In this document: positions 19,868 to 29,575 of the stretch, in pieces
How positions within the stretch are numbered: position 1 is the stretch's first letter
Layout: every line of letters starts with the position of its first letter
IMG/VR virus record: IMGVR_UViG_3300020048_000039
Span: 1 to 64,000 of that record
Length of the DNA stretch: 64,000 nucleotides
From: a virus
Reading direction: 5' to 3' (one strand)
The notes under the pieces: generated by a model
What the model saw: only the letters and a program-made list of their open reading frames with translations
Database searches by the model: none
What the model was told of the DNA's origin: nothing
Made by a program: the position numbers and the translations under genes

Positions 19868-19898
19868 TTGTTTGTTAAATTTATTTCTTGTAACTTTG
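19868..19898 (+). promoter_or_regulatory. Bacteroidota housekeeping-sigma promoter (TTG-N20-TAACTTTG) with no downstream ORF
   Basis: Exact match to the -33/-7 consensus and spacing. Confidence 0.6.
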
Positions 19899-20060
19899 CC
19901 GAAGTTTTCTTCAAAACTATTCGAAATCGTTCTACGAACAATCTCAAACAGCTTTTCTAAAACATCTTGCTTCAGTTCTACGAACTAAAACACAAAGATT
20001 ACAAGTATTGTAATTCAATTCTTCGAACTGAACTAAAACTCGACAATATGGAATAACTAT

Positions 20061-20091
20061 GCTCACTGAAAAACAGTGAGCTATTTTATTT
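20061..20091 (+). terminator. perfect hairpin, possible terminator
   Basis: GCTCACTG-AAAAA-CAGTGAGC followed by TATTTTATTT. Confidence 0.6.
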
Positions 20092-20236
20092 CTATGTAGT
20101 ATATATAATTTCATATTAAGAATAATAATTTTGTAAGTACCCAATATTGTTTTGATATAAAAGGTTGCTTGGGGTTTTCGGGTTCGAAGATAGTTTTTGG
20201 GAATGTAAAATTAGTACTAATAAAATCAATATACAA

Positions 20237-20244
20237 GTATTTAT
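20237..20244 (+). promoter_or_regulatory. putative late promoter GTATTTAT
   Basis: Upstream of 20261. Confidence 0.55.
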
Positions 20245-20260
20245 TATAAAATATTTGTAA

Positions 20261-23200
20261 ATGCCTGTAAACAGCACAACACCTTCAAGATTATCATTAA
20301 GCACTGCTGGATTAAGAAATGAGTTGGAATCTCGAAATCTTTATACTCCAAATAGTGAATATCCACTACAAAGTAGTCAGAATACTGCAAAAGTTGTGAG
20401 TACTGTTAATACTATTATTGGTGCAATTACACCATTTAAGTCTTATAATCTTGAGAATACTGTTTATGGTAGATTAATACAAAGCAATGCCAATACTCCA
20501 TTGGCGACAATTGGTTTGGCTATGTTAGGCAAGCAAATGGCGTTAAATATGATGTCAAATGCTTCGCAACAATTATTTCCAGTAATTAAGGTAAATAATT
20601 TATTTGATGGCAATCCAAGTACCAATTTATTTACTCCACATCAAGACTTTGGTATTACTAAAATAGAACAGCAAACTGATTTAAATAATTTTGTTAGAAG
20701 AATAGTAGGTACAAAGAACCCAAGTTTAGACCCATTTAATGAAACATCAAATAATGCTAATTACCTTGAAAATACTGGTAAAGGTCAGTTAGTGTTTTTA
20801 TTAGACCAATTAAATAAAAATGTTTATAAATCTGATGATACTGCATTAAATCAGATTGGTATCGACATTAATAATCCAATACAGCCAAGAGGTAATTTAG
20901 TAAACAATAGTGACATATCATCAATTAACTACACTACCTTTTTTAATTTTGGTGATGGTACACAATATCCATATAGTCATTATTATCCAAAAAATCCATT
21001 ATCGGATTCTGGTGCAAACAATGCTATGATTGCTGCTGTTAATAACAATGCTATTACAGCATATGGTAATCTTGGTGTAAATGGTGGTGATGCTGTTAGT
21101 CAGGAATATGCACCAAATCAAATATTTATTGATAATTTAGGTACTACATTAAAAACCCAAAATACAAAAAACCAGAGTTTAAATAATGAATCTGGATTAT
21201 ATGAGGGGTGGATTGGTAGTACTACTGAGTTTATGAATGACGGTAATTTTAATAAACTTATTTGGGGTAAAAGTGGTATTGATGCAGATACTGCTGGTAT
21301 ATTAGGTGAGTTTCGTGGAACATTTGGTAGTGTAAATGTTGTTGAAGATACAAATTTTAATACTGATTTTAATGTTAAGGGTGCTGGATTATTGGAATAT
21401 ACGAGAAATTTAATAAGAGCAACAGAAGGACAGATTGGTGATATAACAAGAAAGGCATTTGTAAAGGGCAGTGAAATTATTGGATTTAATGGTTCTCCAC
21501 TATGGAAAGCCAATACAAGTACATATGCATTATCTTCAAAATCTGGACAAGCAGGTAAAACTGGTGTTCGTCAACATTCGGCATTAGACCAATATGATAG
21601 ATTTGCTAAAGCAATTAGGTTTGATGGTAATAACGTATATGGTGGTAATGAAAATTCTGTAATTTATAAAACAGTGTTACCACGTATTCACCCAACACTA
21701 AGAAAATCAAAAGATTATAATGAAGTAGCTGATAATAAAAATTTGATGTTGAGTATTGAAAATCTTGCAATTAAAGTAATCAGCAAGAATAATGTTGGTA
21801 TAATTGATGATGAATATGGTTCAGAAATTCCTGCCTGTGAGGTCGGTCCTTTCAACGGGCGTATCATGTGGTTTCCACCATATGCGATGGAAATAAACGA
21901 AACTGCAACTGCTAAGTACGAACCTACTGTTATGGTTGGTAGAAATGAGCCAATGTATAACTATCAAAACTCTGAAAGGTCAGCAACTCTTAATTTTACA
22001 CTACTTGTTGACTATCCACCTAATGTGAGAAATTATAATGGTAGTTCTAATTCACAAAAGGATATTGCCGACTTTTTTGCTTTTGGTGGTGATGCGGTAA
22101 AAGGTGATTCATATGTTAAGAATTTAGAAAAGAGAAAAAGAGACCTTGAAGACAGAAAATTGGAAATAAATTATAAATTTGTTCCAGACATGTTTGATAC
22201 TCCAACCATTCCTGCTGAAATGATGACTTATTTTCCAAATGATATGCCGAAGGATTTGGAAGTTGATAAAATATTTGATACAATATATAAAGAAGGATAC
22301 GAAATTAATGTTAGATTTAAAAATAATTACGATGCTCGTAATTTAGGACTAAATCAGGGAATTTATATTAATGCAAATGAATTTGAAGAATATGAAGACC
22401 AAGGAATGTATTTTTATGCATTCCTTCCAAATGAGCCAAACTTTTCTCAATATACAAATGTTGATGAAATAGATTCATATGGCGGTGGTGGTTTAAATTC
22501 TATGCTTAAAGAATTTTTTGATAATAAAGACCTTTGGCAATATTATGAAATAAATGTTGTTGGTCATTGTTCTTCGCCAGCACCTACTGATTATAATGTA
22601 AAACTTGGTCAAAGAAGGGCAGATGCAACCAAAACCCTTATTAGAAGCAAGCTTGATACGTTATATGGTGGTAATACTAATGCTATTGTGATAAATACTG
22701 GTACTCTTGGTGAAACAGGTACAGGTGATTTAGATGGAGATGTTTCATCAGATGCTGCTAAAAAGAATAGGTATGCTAAAATCAGCATTAGAAGAAACAG
22801 TAAAAAATACGTAAATCCTAATGCACCAAAACCTACACAAACAGATGCAGAATTAATTAAGAAGATTGATGACGAAATCGAAACTATTGATAAAAACATT
22901 AAAAAGAGTAAGTTTATTGATACTACCAATGTTGCAGTTAATTGTGTTATGAATGAAAGATTGGAAGATAAAAGTGCTATCTTACATGGCTTTAATTCCA
23001 TCACTAATAATTATTATTATCCTATATTTCATTCACAAACACCAGAAGACTTTCACAAGAGATTGACCTTCTTACAGCAATGCACAAGACAAGGTGCAGC
23101 TAAACATTATTCTTCGGTAATTCAAGAGGGTATACTAAGAGCAAAAAATTCAGTTTTTGGTCGTCAACCCATTTGTATTTTAAGAGTTGGTGACTTCTTC

Positions 23201-23587
23201 TATACCAAAGTAATTATCGAAAGTGTAAATATTGACTATAGCGATACTACTTGGGATATGAACCCAGAAGGTTTTGGTATGCAACCAATGTTGGCAAAAG
23301 TTACATTAAATATGAAGGTTATTGGTGGTCAATCACTTAAAGGACCTATCGATGCACTACAAAATGCTGTTTCATTTAACTACTATGCAAATTCTACATT
23401 TACCAGCAAAGGTATGTACATATTACCGTCTGCAATGGCTTCAATGCAAAGTAGTTACAAGGCGGGTGTTGAGATTCAAGGTGGAAATAATTATAATGAT
23501 ACTCTAACAGATAGTGATAGAGCAGATAATTTAGCAGTAGTTGAGCGATTTAAGTTAAGAAACGAATTATATAAGAAATCAGAATAA
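20261..23587 (+). CDS. large baseplate hub / tube-initiator-like protein with an internal OmpA-like domain
   Basis: Position after tape measure; WFPPY...GRNEPMYNYQNSERSATLNFTL; INVVGHCSS...YNVKLGQRRA is the OmpA C-terminal signature. Confidence 0.65.
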   Translation: MPVNSTTPSRLSLSTAGLRNELESRNLYTPNSEYPLQSSQNTAKVVSTVNTIIGAITPFKSYNLENTVYGRLIQSNANTPLATIGLAMLGKQMALNMMSNASQQLFPVIKVNNLFDGNPSTNLFTPHQDFGITKIEQQTDLNNFVRRIVGTKNPSLDPFNETSNNANYLENTGKGQLVFLLDQLNKNVYKSDDTALNQIGIDINNPIQPRGNLVNNSDISSINYTTFFNFGDGTQYPYSHYYPKNPLSDSGANNAMIAAVNNNAITAYGNLGVNGGDAVSQEYAPNQIFIDNLGTTLKTQNTKNQSLNNESGLYEGWIGSTTEFMNDGNFNKLIWGKSGIDADTAGILGEFRGTFGSVNVVEDTNFNTDFNVKGAGLLEYTRNLIRATEGQIGDITRKAFVKGSEIIGFNGSPLWKANTSTYALSSKSGQAGKTGVRQHSALDQYDRFAKAIRFDGNNVYGGNENSVIYKTVLPRIHPTLRKSKDYNEVADNKNLMLSIENLAIKVISKNNVGIIDDEYGSEIPACEVGPFNGRIMWFPPYAMEINETATAKYEPTVMVGRNEPMYNYQNSERSATLNFTLLVDYPPNVRNYNGSSNSQKDIADFFAFGGDAVKGDSYVKNLEKRKRDLEDRKLEINYKFVPDMFDTPTIPAEMMTYFPNDMPKDLEVDKIFDTIYKEGYEINVRFKNNYDARNLGLNQGIYINANEFEEYEDQGMYFYAFLPNEPNFSQYTNVDEIDSYGGGGLNSMLKEFFDNKDLWQYYEINVVGHCSSPAPTDYNVKLGQRRADATKTLIRSKLDTLYGGNTNAIVINTGTLGETGTGDLDGDVSSDAAKKNRYAKISIRRNSKKYVNPNAPKPTQTDAELIKKIDDEIETIDKNIKKSKFIDTTNVAVNCVMNERLEDKSAILHGFNSITNNYYYPIFHSQTPEDFHKRLTFLQQCTRQGAAKHYSSVIQEGILRAKNSVFGRQPICILRVGDFFYTKVIIESVNIDYSDTTWDMNPEGFGMQPMLAKVTLNMKVIGGQSLKGPIDALQNAVSFNYYANSTFTSKGMYILPSAMASMQSSYKAGVEIQGGNNYNDTLTDSDRADNLAVVERFKLRNELYKKSE

Positions 23588-23602
23588 TTAAAAACAATAA
23601 AG

Positions 23603-23917
23603 ATGCCATATAGAGATTACAACCGATACATCTTATTAGCAAATGACAATGGAACGACAACTCCAATGCCATTTGTTAATTTACCTATTAATGCCAGCGA
23701 CAAATACGAAAACTGGAATACTGAATTTAGTAGACTCGACAAATTGTCACAGAAGTATTATGGTAATCCATTTTATGACTTTCTGATATTATATGCAAAT
23801 TATATCTATGTAAGTGAATTTGACATACCAGATAATGCCTTAATTCGTATTCCATTTCCACTTGGAAAAGCTAAATCAGACTACGAAGCAATACTAACGC
23901 AATTTAAAAAACAATAA
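23603..23917 (+). CDS. baseplate wedge protein (gp53/LysM-like)
   Basis: RLDKLSQKYYGNPFY..LI..AN...IRIP. Confidence 0.75.
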   Translation: MPYRDYNRYILLANDNGTTTPMPFVNLPINASDKYENWNTEFSRLDKLSQKYYGNPFYDFLILYANYIYVSEFDIPDNALIRIPFPLGKAKSDYEAILTQFKKQ

Positions 23918-23920
23918 TTC

Positions 23921-23951
23921 TTGTTTTTTAAAATAATAAGTTCTATATTTG
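23921..23951 (+). promoter_or_regulatory. Bacteroidota promoter (TTG-N20-TATATTTG)
   Basis: Directly upstream of the glycosyltransferase cluster. Confidence 0.6.
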
Positions 23952-23969
23952 TAGCCTTAAATAATAGGG

Positions 23970-25274
23970 ATGAAAAATAGAATTGCAGTGGTGTTTTCGT
24001 CACACTTAGATGACGAAGCAAATCAGAAATTTACTAATCATATTCTCGAAACCATTGGTATTAAGAACGTAAAGGTTACTTGCTACTTCAATTTCAATCA
24101 ATTTAGTCTTGCCGAAATCTATAATAGAGGTATTGCAGAACATAATGACGAAAACACAATTATGGTGTTCTGTCACAATGATATTGTATTTAGGACAAAG
24201 AATTGGGGCAAAATGCTCTTAACAAAGTTTAATAATTCAGATTTTAGTATTATTGGAGTTGCTGGTACAACATACCTTGCAGATAATGGCGTATGGTGGA
24301 CTGACAGAACTAAAATGTGTGGTGTTGTCGAACATACAAATGGTATAACTACTTGGGTGAATGAGTATTCCCCACCAAAAGCTGGCTTTACAAGGTCAGT
24401 AGTATTGGTCGATGGTTTATTTATTGCAGCAGACTGCAGCAAAATTGAGCATCAATTCGATGAAGACTTTAAAGGATTTCACATGTATGACTTGGGATTT
24501 TGTGTTCCAAATTACTTAGATGGGTGCAATATCGGTGTAACTACTGATATTAGAATACTTCACCAATCGATTGGAATGACAAATGAGCAATGGGAAGTAA
24601 ATAGATTACAATTTGTCGAAAAATATAAAGATGATTTACCAATTCTCGAAACAGCATTGGATGGAACTAACAATGAAGACGTATTAGTTAATGTTATTAC
24701 CAGAACACACAACAGACCCAAACATTTTGCAGCGTGTAAGAAATCGATTGATAAGCAGACACATGTAAACATTAATCATATTGTTGGTACTGATACAGAG
24801 TGTGATTATTATCCAGAAGCAATTAAATTAGAATTACAAGAAGTCCAGCATCCAAAACCAGAAGTTGGTACATATCCAGCACCTTGGAATTTACATCTAA
24901 ATGAACTTGCCAAACAAGTTAAAGAAGGCTGGATTATTTATTTGGATGATGACGATAAATTTGTTTTTAATAATTCAGTGAGTATAGCTGTGAATAATAT
25001 TGATAACGAAGACCAAATGATACTTTGGAGAGTTGATATTAATGGTTGGGTTGTGCCAAGCACTGAAATGTTTGGAAAGATACAAGCAGGAAATATCTCT
25101 GGTATTGGTATGATGTTTCACAGCAAACATTTACCTGTTGATTGGGGTTCATGGAGTTATGGAGACTTCCGTGTTATTACTCAGTTAGCTGCAAAATTAA
25201 AACAAAAATGGATTTATGCAACTCTGACACAAACTCAGGGTTCACCAAATAACGGAAATCAACCAATCGATTAA
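23970..25274 (+). CDS. two-domain glycosyltransferase (GT2-like x2)
   Basis: CHNDIVF...GVAG...VDGLF...FHMYD; second domain VITRTHNRP...IIYLDDDD. Confidence 0.85.
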   Translation: MKNRIAVVFSSHLDDEANQKFTNHILETIGIKNVKVTCYFNFNQFSLAEIYNRGIAEHNDENTIMVFCHNDIVFRTKNWGKMLLTKFNNSDFSIIGVAGTTYLADNGVWWTDRTKMCGVVEHTNGITTWVNEYSPPKAGFTRSVVLVDGLFIAADCSKIEHQFDEDFKGFHMYDLGFCVPNYLDGCNIGVTTDIRILHQSIGMTNEQWEVNRLQFVEKYKDDLPILETALDGTNNEDVLVNVITRTHNRPKHFAACKKSIDKQTHVNINHIVGTDTECDYYPEAIKLELQEVQHPKPEVGTYPAPWNLHLNELAKQVKEGWIIYLDDDDKFVFNNSVSIAVNNIDNEDQMILWRVDINGWVVPSTEMFGKIQAGNISGIGMMFHSKHLPVDWGSWSYGDFRVITQLAAKLKQKWIYATLTQTQGSPNNGNQPID

Positions 25275-25276
25275 CT

Positions 25277-25957
25277 ATGAAAATATTTAATGTTGCTACA
25301 TATGAAAGAGACGAATGTTTATTTAGAACGATAGATTCTATATATAATCAGGCTGATGTAATTAATGTCGCATTAAATTCTCATGATGTAATACCCGAAA
25401 ACCTTATAAATGACCCAAAAATAAATTGTTTTCTCACCAATAATTCTATTGGCGATGGGTTTAAGTTTCTAAAGCTCAATGAATCAGATGGATATTACTT
25501 TACAATTGATGATGATTTGATATACCCTGCAAATTATGCTGACTATATGATTGAGAGCTTCGAAAAATATCATAGAAAGTATATAGTAACATTACACGGA
25601 AGAACATTTTATAATTATCCTGTCGAATCGTATTATCGCTCACCACACTATAATTTCAGGTGTTTGGGTGATGTTGAGACTGATGTACTGGTTGATTTTG
25701 GCGGTACTGGTGTTATGATGTTTCATACTGACTTGCTTAAATTTTCATCCGAAGACATTAAGCTACCAAACATGGCAGATATTTGGGTGGCAAAGTTCGC
25801 AAAAGAAAAGGGCATTAAGATTGCCTGTATTAATCACAATTCGGTTTTTTTAAAATATCAGCAAGAGGTTGGTAATGACACAATCTTTGATAAACATGCA
25901 TATGATGACAATCTACAAACTGAACTTGTAAATAAAATCGGATTTAAAAAAGCATAA
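25277..25957 (+). CDS. GT-A fold glycosyltransferase
   Basis: YFTIDDDLIYP, GTGVM, MADIW. Confidence 0.75.
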   Translation: MKIFNVATYERDECLFRTIDSIYNQADVINVALNSHDVIPENLINDPKINCFLTNNSIGDGFKFLKLNESDGYYFTIDDDLIYPANYADYMIESFEKYHRKYIVTLHGRTFYNYPVESYYRSPHYNFRCLGDVETDVLVDFGGTGVMMFHTDLLKFSSEDIKLPNMADIWVAKFAKEKGIKIACINHNSVFLKYQQEVGNDTIFDKHAYDDNLQTELVNKIGFKKA

Positions 25958-25958
25958 T

Positions 25959-26624
25959 ATGAAATACGACTTAAATACAATTAAAACCTATGTAATTAAT
26001 TTAGATAGGAGAACCGACAGGCTTCAATCGCTGGTAATACCATTTAAATGGGAAAGATTTAGTGCATTTGACGCAGTAAAAGTTGGTGAAATGGGATATG
26101 TCGGATGTTTAAATTCACATAGGACTGTATTGGAACAAGCACTTGAATTAAAATTAGAATCAGTATTAATTTTTGAGGATGATGTTGAACTGTGTGATGA
26201 CTTTGAAACAAAATTTTATAATATTGTCAGTAAACTTCCAGAAGATTGGGACTTGTTGTATTTAGGTGGATGGAATAGAGGAACAATAAAAAAATATGCA
26301 GATGGTTTGGATGTTGCAGAAAATGTTGTTTGTATGCACGCATATTTTGTGAATGGTAAATTTTTACAGACTGCTGTAAATGCATTACATTCCAAAGATG
26401 GTATTCAGAAAGAGCCAAACGATTATAAATGTGATGTGTTATTAGCCGAATCCTTACTTAAGGGTAAATGTTTTATTTGTAATCCAACATTGGCATGGCA
26501 AAGAGAAGGGTATAGTGATATTGAAAATATAACGACAAATAATTTACATTTAAAAGACCCAACAAAAAAAGCAATAATAATACCAACGAATAATATTGGA
26601 ACAACATTTAATATAAAACTATGA
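25959..26624 (+). CDS. glycosyltransferase family 25
   Basis: YVINLDRRTDR, GCLNSH, LIFEDD, WDLLYLG. Confidence 0.9.
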   Translation: MKYDLNTIKTYVINLDRRTDRLQSLVIPFKWERFSAFDAVKVGEMGYVGCLNSHRTVLEQALELKLESVLIFEDDVELCDDFETKFYNIVSKLPEDWDLLYLGGWNRGTIKKYADGLDVAENVVCMHAYFVNGKFLQTAVNALHSKDGIQKEPNDYKCDVLLAESLLKGKCFICNPTLAWQREGYSDIENITTNNLHLKDPTKKAIIIPTNNIGTTFNIKL

Positions 26625-27466
26625 TAAAAAACGATATTTTTATTGTGACTTGTGATAAAACAAGTCATATTTTAAAACTTACAATTCCGTTGTTTGATAA
26701 ATATTGGAATATTGAAAAAAATGTAAAAATATTGGGTTTTAATAAACCAGATGTTGAATTACCTTCTGATTATTCATTTATTTCAATGAAGCCAAAACAG
26801 TTATCTATTGATGATTGGGCAAATGATATTGCAAATGCGCTGGATAAAGAAGAAAGTAAATATATCATATTTATGTTAGATGACTTCACGCCAATTGATT
26901 ATATTAATGTTGAAGTCTATAATAGGTTGTGTGCTTTAATGGAATTTGATGAAAACATAGTCAGATGTTCATTGGGAAGTGACATGTATTATTATTCGCC
27001 AAGTGTTGTAATTGATACTTATGATGGTTATAGTATTATTGAACAACTACAAAGTTCTGATTATAGAATAACTTGCCAGCCATCAATATGGAATAGAAAA
27101 TATTTAATATCATTTTTAAGGAAAAGTACAAATCCTTGGCATTTTGAAACAAATAATAACCCACAAGATGGGTTCAGAATGATTGGTACTAAAGATAAAT
27201 ATGCATATAAGTGGATAAAAGAAACCGCACTATCCAATAGACACCCAAATAAAATAAATATTTTGGGAATGAAATTATCTGATGTAAAATGGGCAATAGA
27301 TAATAACATATTGGACGAAAATGTATTACAATATGGTCAACATATTGGTCGAGTGCCACAGTTTAGTGATTACAAATATAATTTTAATGTTGAAATACTA
27401 AAAGATTATGCCGATTCTCGTCATTATATTTGGTATTACAAACAATATAAGGAAATTTATGGATAA
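26621..27466 (+). CDS. putative GT-A fold glycosyltransferase
   Basis: IIFMLDDF, QPSIWNRKYL...PWHFE; cluster context. Confidence 0.55.
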   Translation: MIKNDIFIVTCDKTSHILKLTIPLFDKYWNIEKNVKILGFNKPDVELPSDYSFISMKPKQLSIDDWANDIANALDKEESKYIIFMLDDFTPIDYINVEVYNRLCALMEFDENIVRCSLGSDMYYYSPSVVIDTYDGYSIIEQLQSSDYRITCQPSIWNRKYLISFLRKSTNPWHFETNNNPQDGFRMIGTKDKYAYKWIKETALSNRHPNKINILGMKLSDVKWAIDNNILDENVLQYGQHIGRVPQFSDYKYNFNVEILKDYADSRHYIWYYKQYKEIYG

Positions 27467-27477
27467 TAAATAAGACA

Positions 27478-28161
27478 ATGGAAAATAAAATTTGTGTACT
27501 CGTACCAACGAGAAAAAGACTTGTTGATTTTAAACTTTTTGGTGATTCTTGGATGAAAACCACTGAGGGTAAAAGTGTTGTGATTGTTGCAATTGATTAT
27601 GATGATGATACTTATGATGAAATAATTAACAACAATACATATCCTTTCATATATGAAAGACAAACATCAAAGCCAATATTGAAAATATTAAATGATATGG
27701 CTGTAAGATATTCAGAGCAATATATATGTGTTTCATTTATTGAAGATGATTGTACATATAATACTGCTGGATGGGAAACATTGATTTTAAATAAAATAAA
27801 TGAAATAGGTGACAATGCAATTGTGTGGTGTGAGGATTTAGTTAATCACCATCATATTGTTGGTATTCCATTTATGAATTCAAACATAATTAGAAAATTA
27901 GGTTGGATGGCATGTCCAAAATTTAATTCCTTATTTACTGACCACTACTGGAAGCATCTTGGTGAAAGATTGAATAGTTTATATTATTTTTCCGACATAA
28001 TAATTGAACATAGGCATTATAGTAAAGGAAAAAGAGTTGCAGATGAAACAAGTAAAAAGGTTGAATCTGAATCAGTATTGGCAGGTGAATTACAATATTT
28101 TCGTAGCCAGCAATATAGTGATGACTTAAATTCAGATGTTAGTAAATTAATAAAGCAATGA
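27478..28161 (+). CDS. GT2-like glycosyltransferase
   Basis: VLVPTRKR, FIEDD, IIEHRH. Confidence 0.7.
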   Translation: MENKICVLVPTRKRLVDFKLFGDSWMKTTEGKSVVIVAIDYDDDTYDEIINNNTYPFIYERQTSKPILKILNDMAVRYSEQYICVSFIEDDCTYNTAGWETLILNKINEIGDNAIVWCEDLVNHHHIVGIPFMNSNIIRKLGWMACPKFNSLFTDHYWKHLGERLNSLYYFSDIIIEHRHYSKGKRVADETSKKVESESVLAGELQYFRSQQYSDDLNSDVSKLIKQ

Positions 28162-28754
28162 TAGATATTTTAACAGATAAAACACTAAACGGTAGTGGTG
28201 ATTCAGATAGACACGCAATGCTATTATATAGTATTGTGCTCGGTTCACACGCAAAAACAATAATTGAATTAGGTGTTAGAAATGGAGATAGTACTGTGCC
28301 GTTAGTACTTGCTGTAAAAAAAACTAATGGTATTGTTCATTCAGTAGACATAAACCCAAGTTTATTAAAATTGGATGATAATCTTAAACAATATAATCGC
28401 TTTTATTTGAGCGATGCTCTTGAATTTTTAAAGAAATGGGATAAAAGCAATAGTGTTGACATCGTTTATGTTGATGATTGGCATTCATATGAGCATGTTA
28501 AAAGCGAACTTGAAATTTTAGATGAAATTGTTTCACCACAAACAATAATACTTTTACATGATACCATGTATGGCGAAACATGTCCATTTTATCATTCTGA
28601 TTTAACTTTGAAAGATGGTCAATGGGCAAATGGTGGTGTATATAGAGCAGTTGCCGAATTAAATCCACAGTTTTGGGAATTTTCAACATTGCCTTGGGGT
28701 AATGGGTTGACCATATTAAGAAAAAAATATTCAAGTAAATATAAAAGAAAATAA
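28158..28754 (+). CDS. class I SAM-dependent methyltransferase (Methyltransf_24-like)
   Basis: IIELGVRNGDST, SVD, IVYVDDWHSYE, ILLHDT. Confidence 0.88.
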   Translation: MIDILTDKTLNGSGDSDRHAMLLYSIVLGSHAKTIIELGVRNGDSTVPLVLAVKKTNGIVHSVDINPSLLKLDDNLKQYNRFYLSDALEFLKKWDKSNSVDIVYVDDWHSYEHVKSELEILDEIVSPQTIILLHDTMYGETCPFYHSDLTLKDGQWANGGVYRAVAELNPQFWEFSTLPWGNGLTILRKKYSSKYKRK

Positions 28755-28756
28755 TT

Positions 28757-29575
28757 ATGAGAATATTAGTGTTAGGCTCAGATGGGCAGATTGGTGAACC
28801 ATTAGTAGATTACTTAAATAATTTACATCACGATGTAATAGAATTTGATGTTTATAGTAATCCAATTACTGATTTAAGAATACCAAATATATTAGATGGC
28901 ATACTTCCAACAATTGACTTTGTGTTTTTTTTAGCATTTGACGTAGGTGGTTCGGTTTATTTAAATAAATATCAAAATACATATGATTTCATATCCAATA
29001 ATGTTAAGATAATGAACAATACTTTTGATAGTCTAAAAAAACACAATACGCCTTTTATATTTGCATCAAGTCAAATGGCTGAAATGAGCTATTCATCATA
29101 TGGATTATTAAAACATGTTGGTGAAAAATATGTTGAAAGTATGCCAAACGGTAAAGTTCTTAAGTTTTGGAATGTTTATGGTTTTGAAAGAAACATAAAA
29201 AAATCTCATGTCATAACAGATTTCATTTTAATGGCAAAACAGAATAATGAGATTGTAATGAAAACAAATGGCGATGAATCGAGGCAGTTTTTATATGTTG
29301 ATGATTGCTGTAAGTGTTTAAATATATTAATGAATGAATTTGATTCTATTGAAGAAAAAAGTTTTGATGTGTCAAGTTTTAAATGGGTGAGAATATATGA
29401 TGTGGCAAGAATGATTGCATTTGAATTTGAAAATTGTCGTATTTTTGCAAGTAATGAAACTGATGATGTACAGCGTGATGCACTAAAAGAGCCTGATAAA
29501 AAAATATTAAAATATTGGAGTCCTGAGACTTCATTGGTGAGTGGAATAGTAAAAATTATAAAAAAATATGAATAA
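28757..29575 (+). CDS. NAD-dependent nucleotide-sugar epimerase/dehydratase
   Basis: ILVLGSDGQIG Rossmann motif, YGLLK (YxxxK), NVYG, RQFLYVDD. Confidence 0.9.
   Translation: MRILVLGSDGQIGEPLVDYLNNLHHDVIEFDVYSNPITDLRIPNILDGILPTIDFVFFLAFDVGGSVYLNKYQNTYDFISNNVKIMNNTFDSLKKHNTPFIFASSQMAEMSYSSYGLLKHVGEKYVESMPNGKVLKFWNVYGFERNIKKSHVITDFILMAKQNNEIVMKTNGDESRQFLYVDDCCKCLNILMNEFDSIEEKSFDVSSFKWVRIYDVARMIAFEFENCRIFASNETDDVQRDALKEPDKKILKYWSPETSLVSGIVKIIKKYE

Noticed and set aside
20160-20200. tRNA-like GGTTCGAA T-loop motif
   Set aside because: No T-stem, acceptor or anticodon arm can be built around it; kept only as part of the intergenic element.
19944-20304. Minus-strand ORFs of 66 and 62 aa in the intergenic gap
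   Set aside because: They run against the promoter and flanking genes, have no recognisable features, and look like random AT-rich translation.
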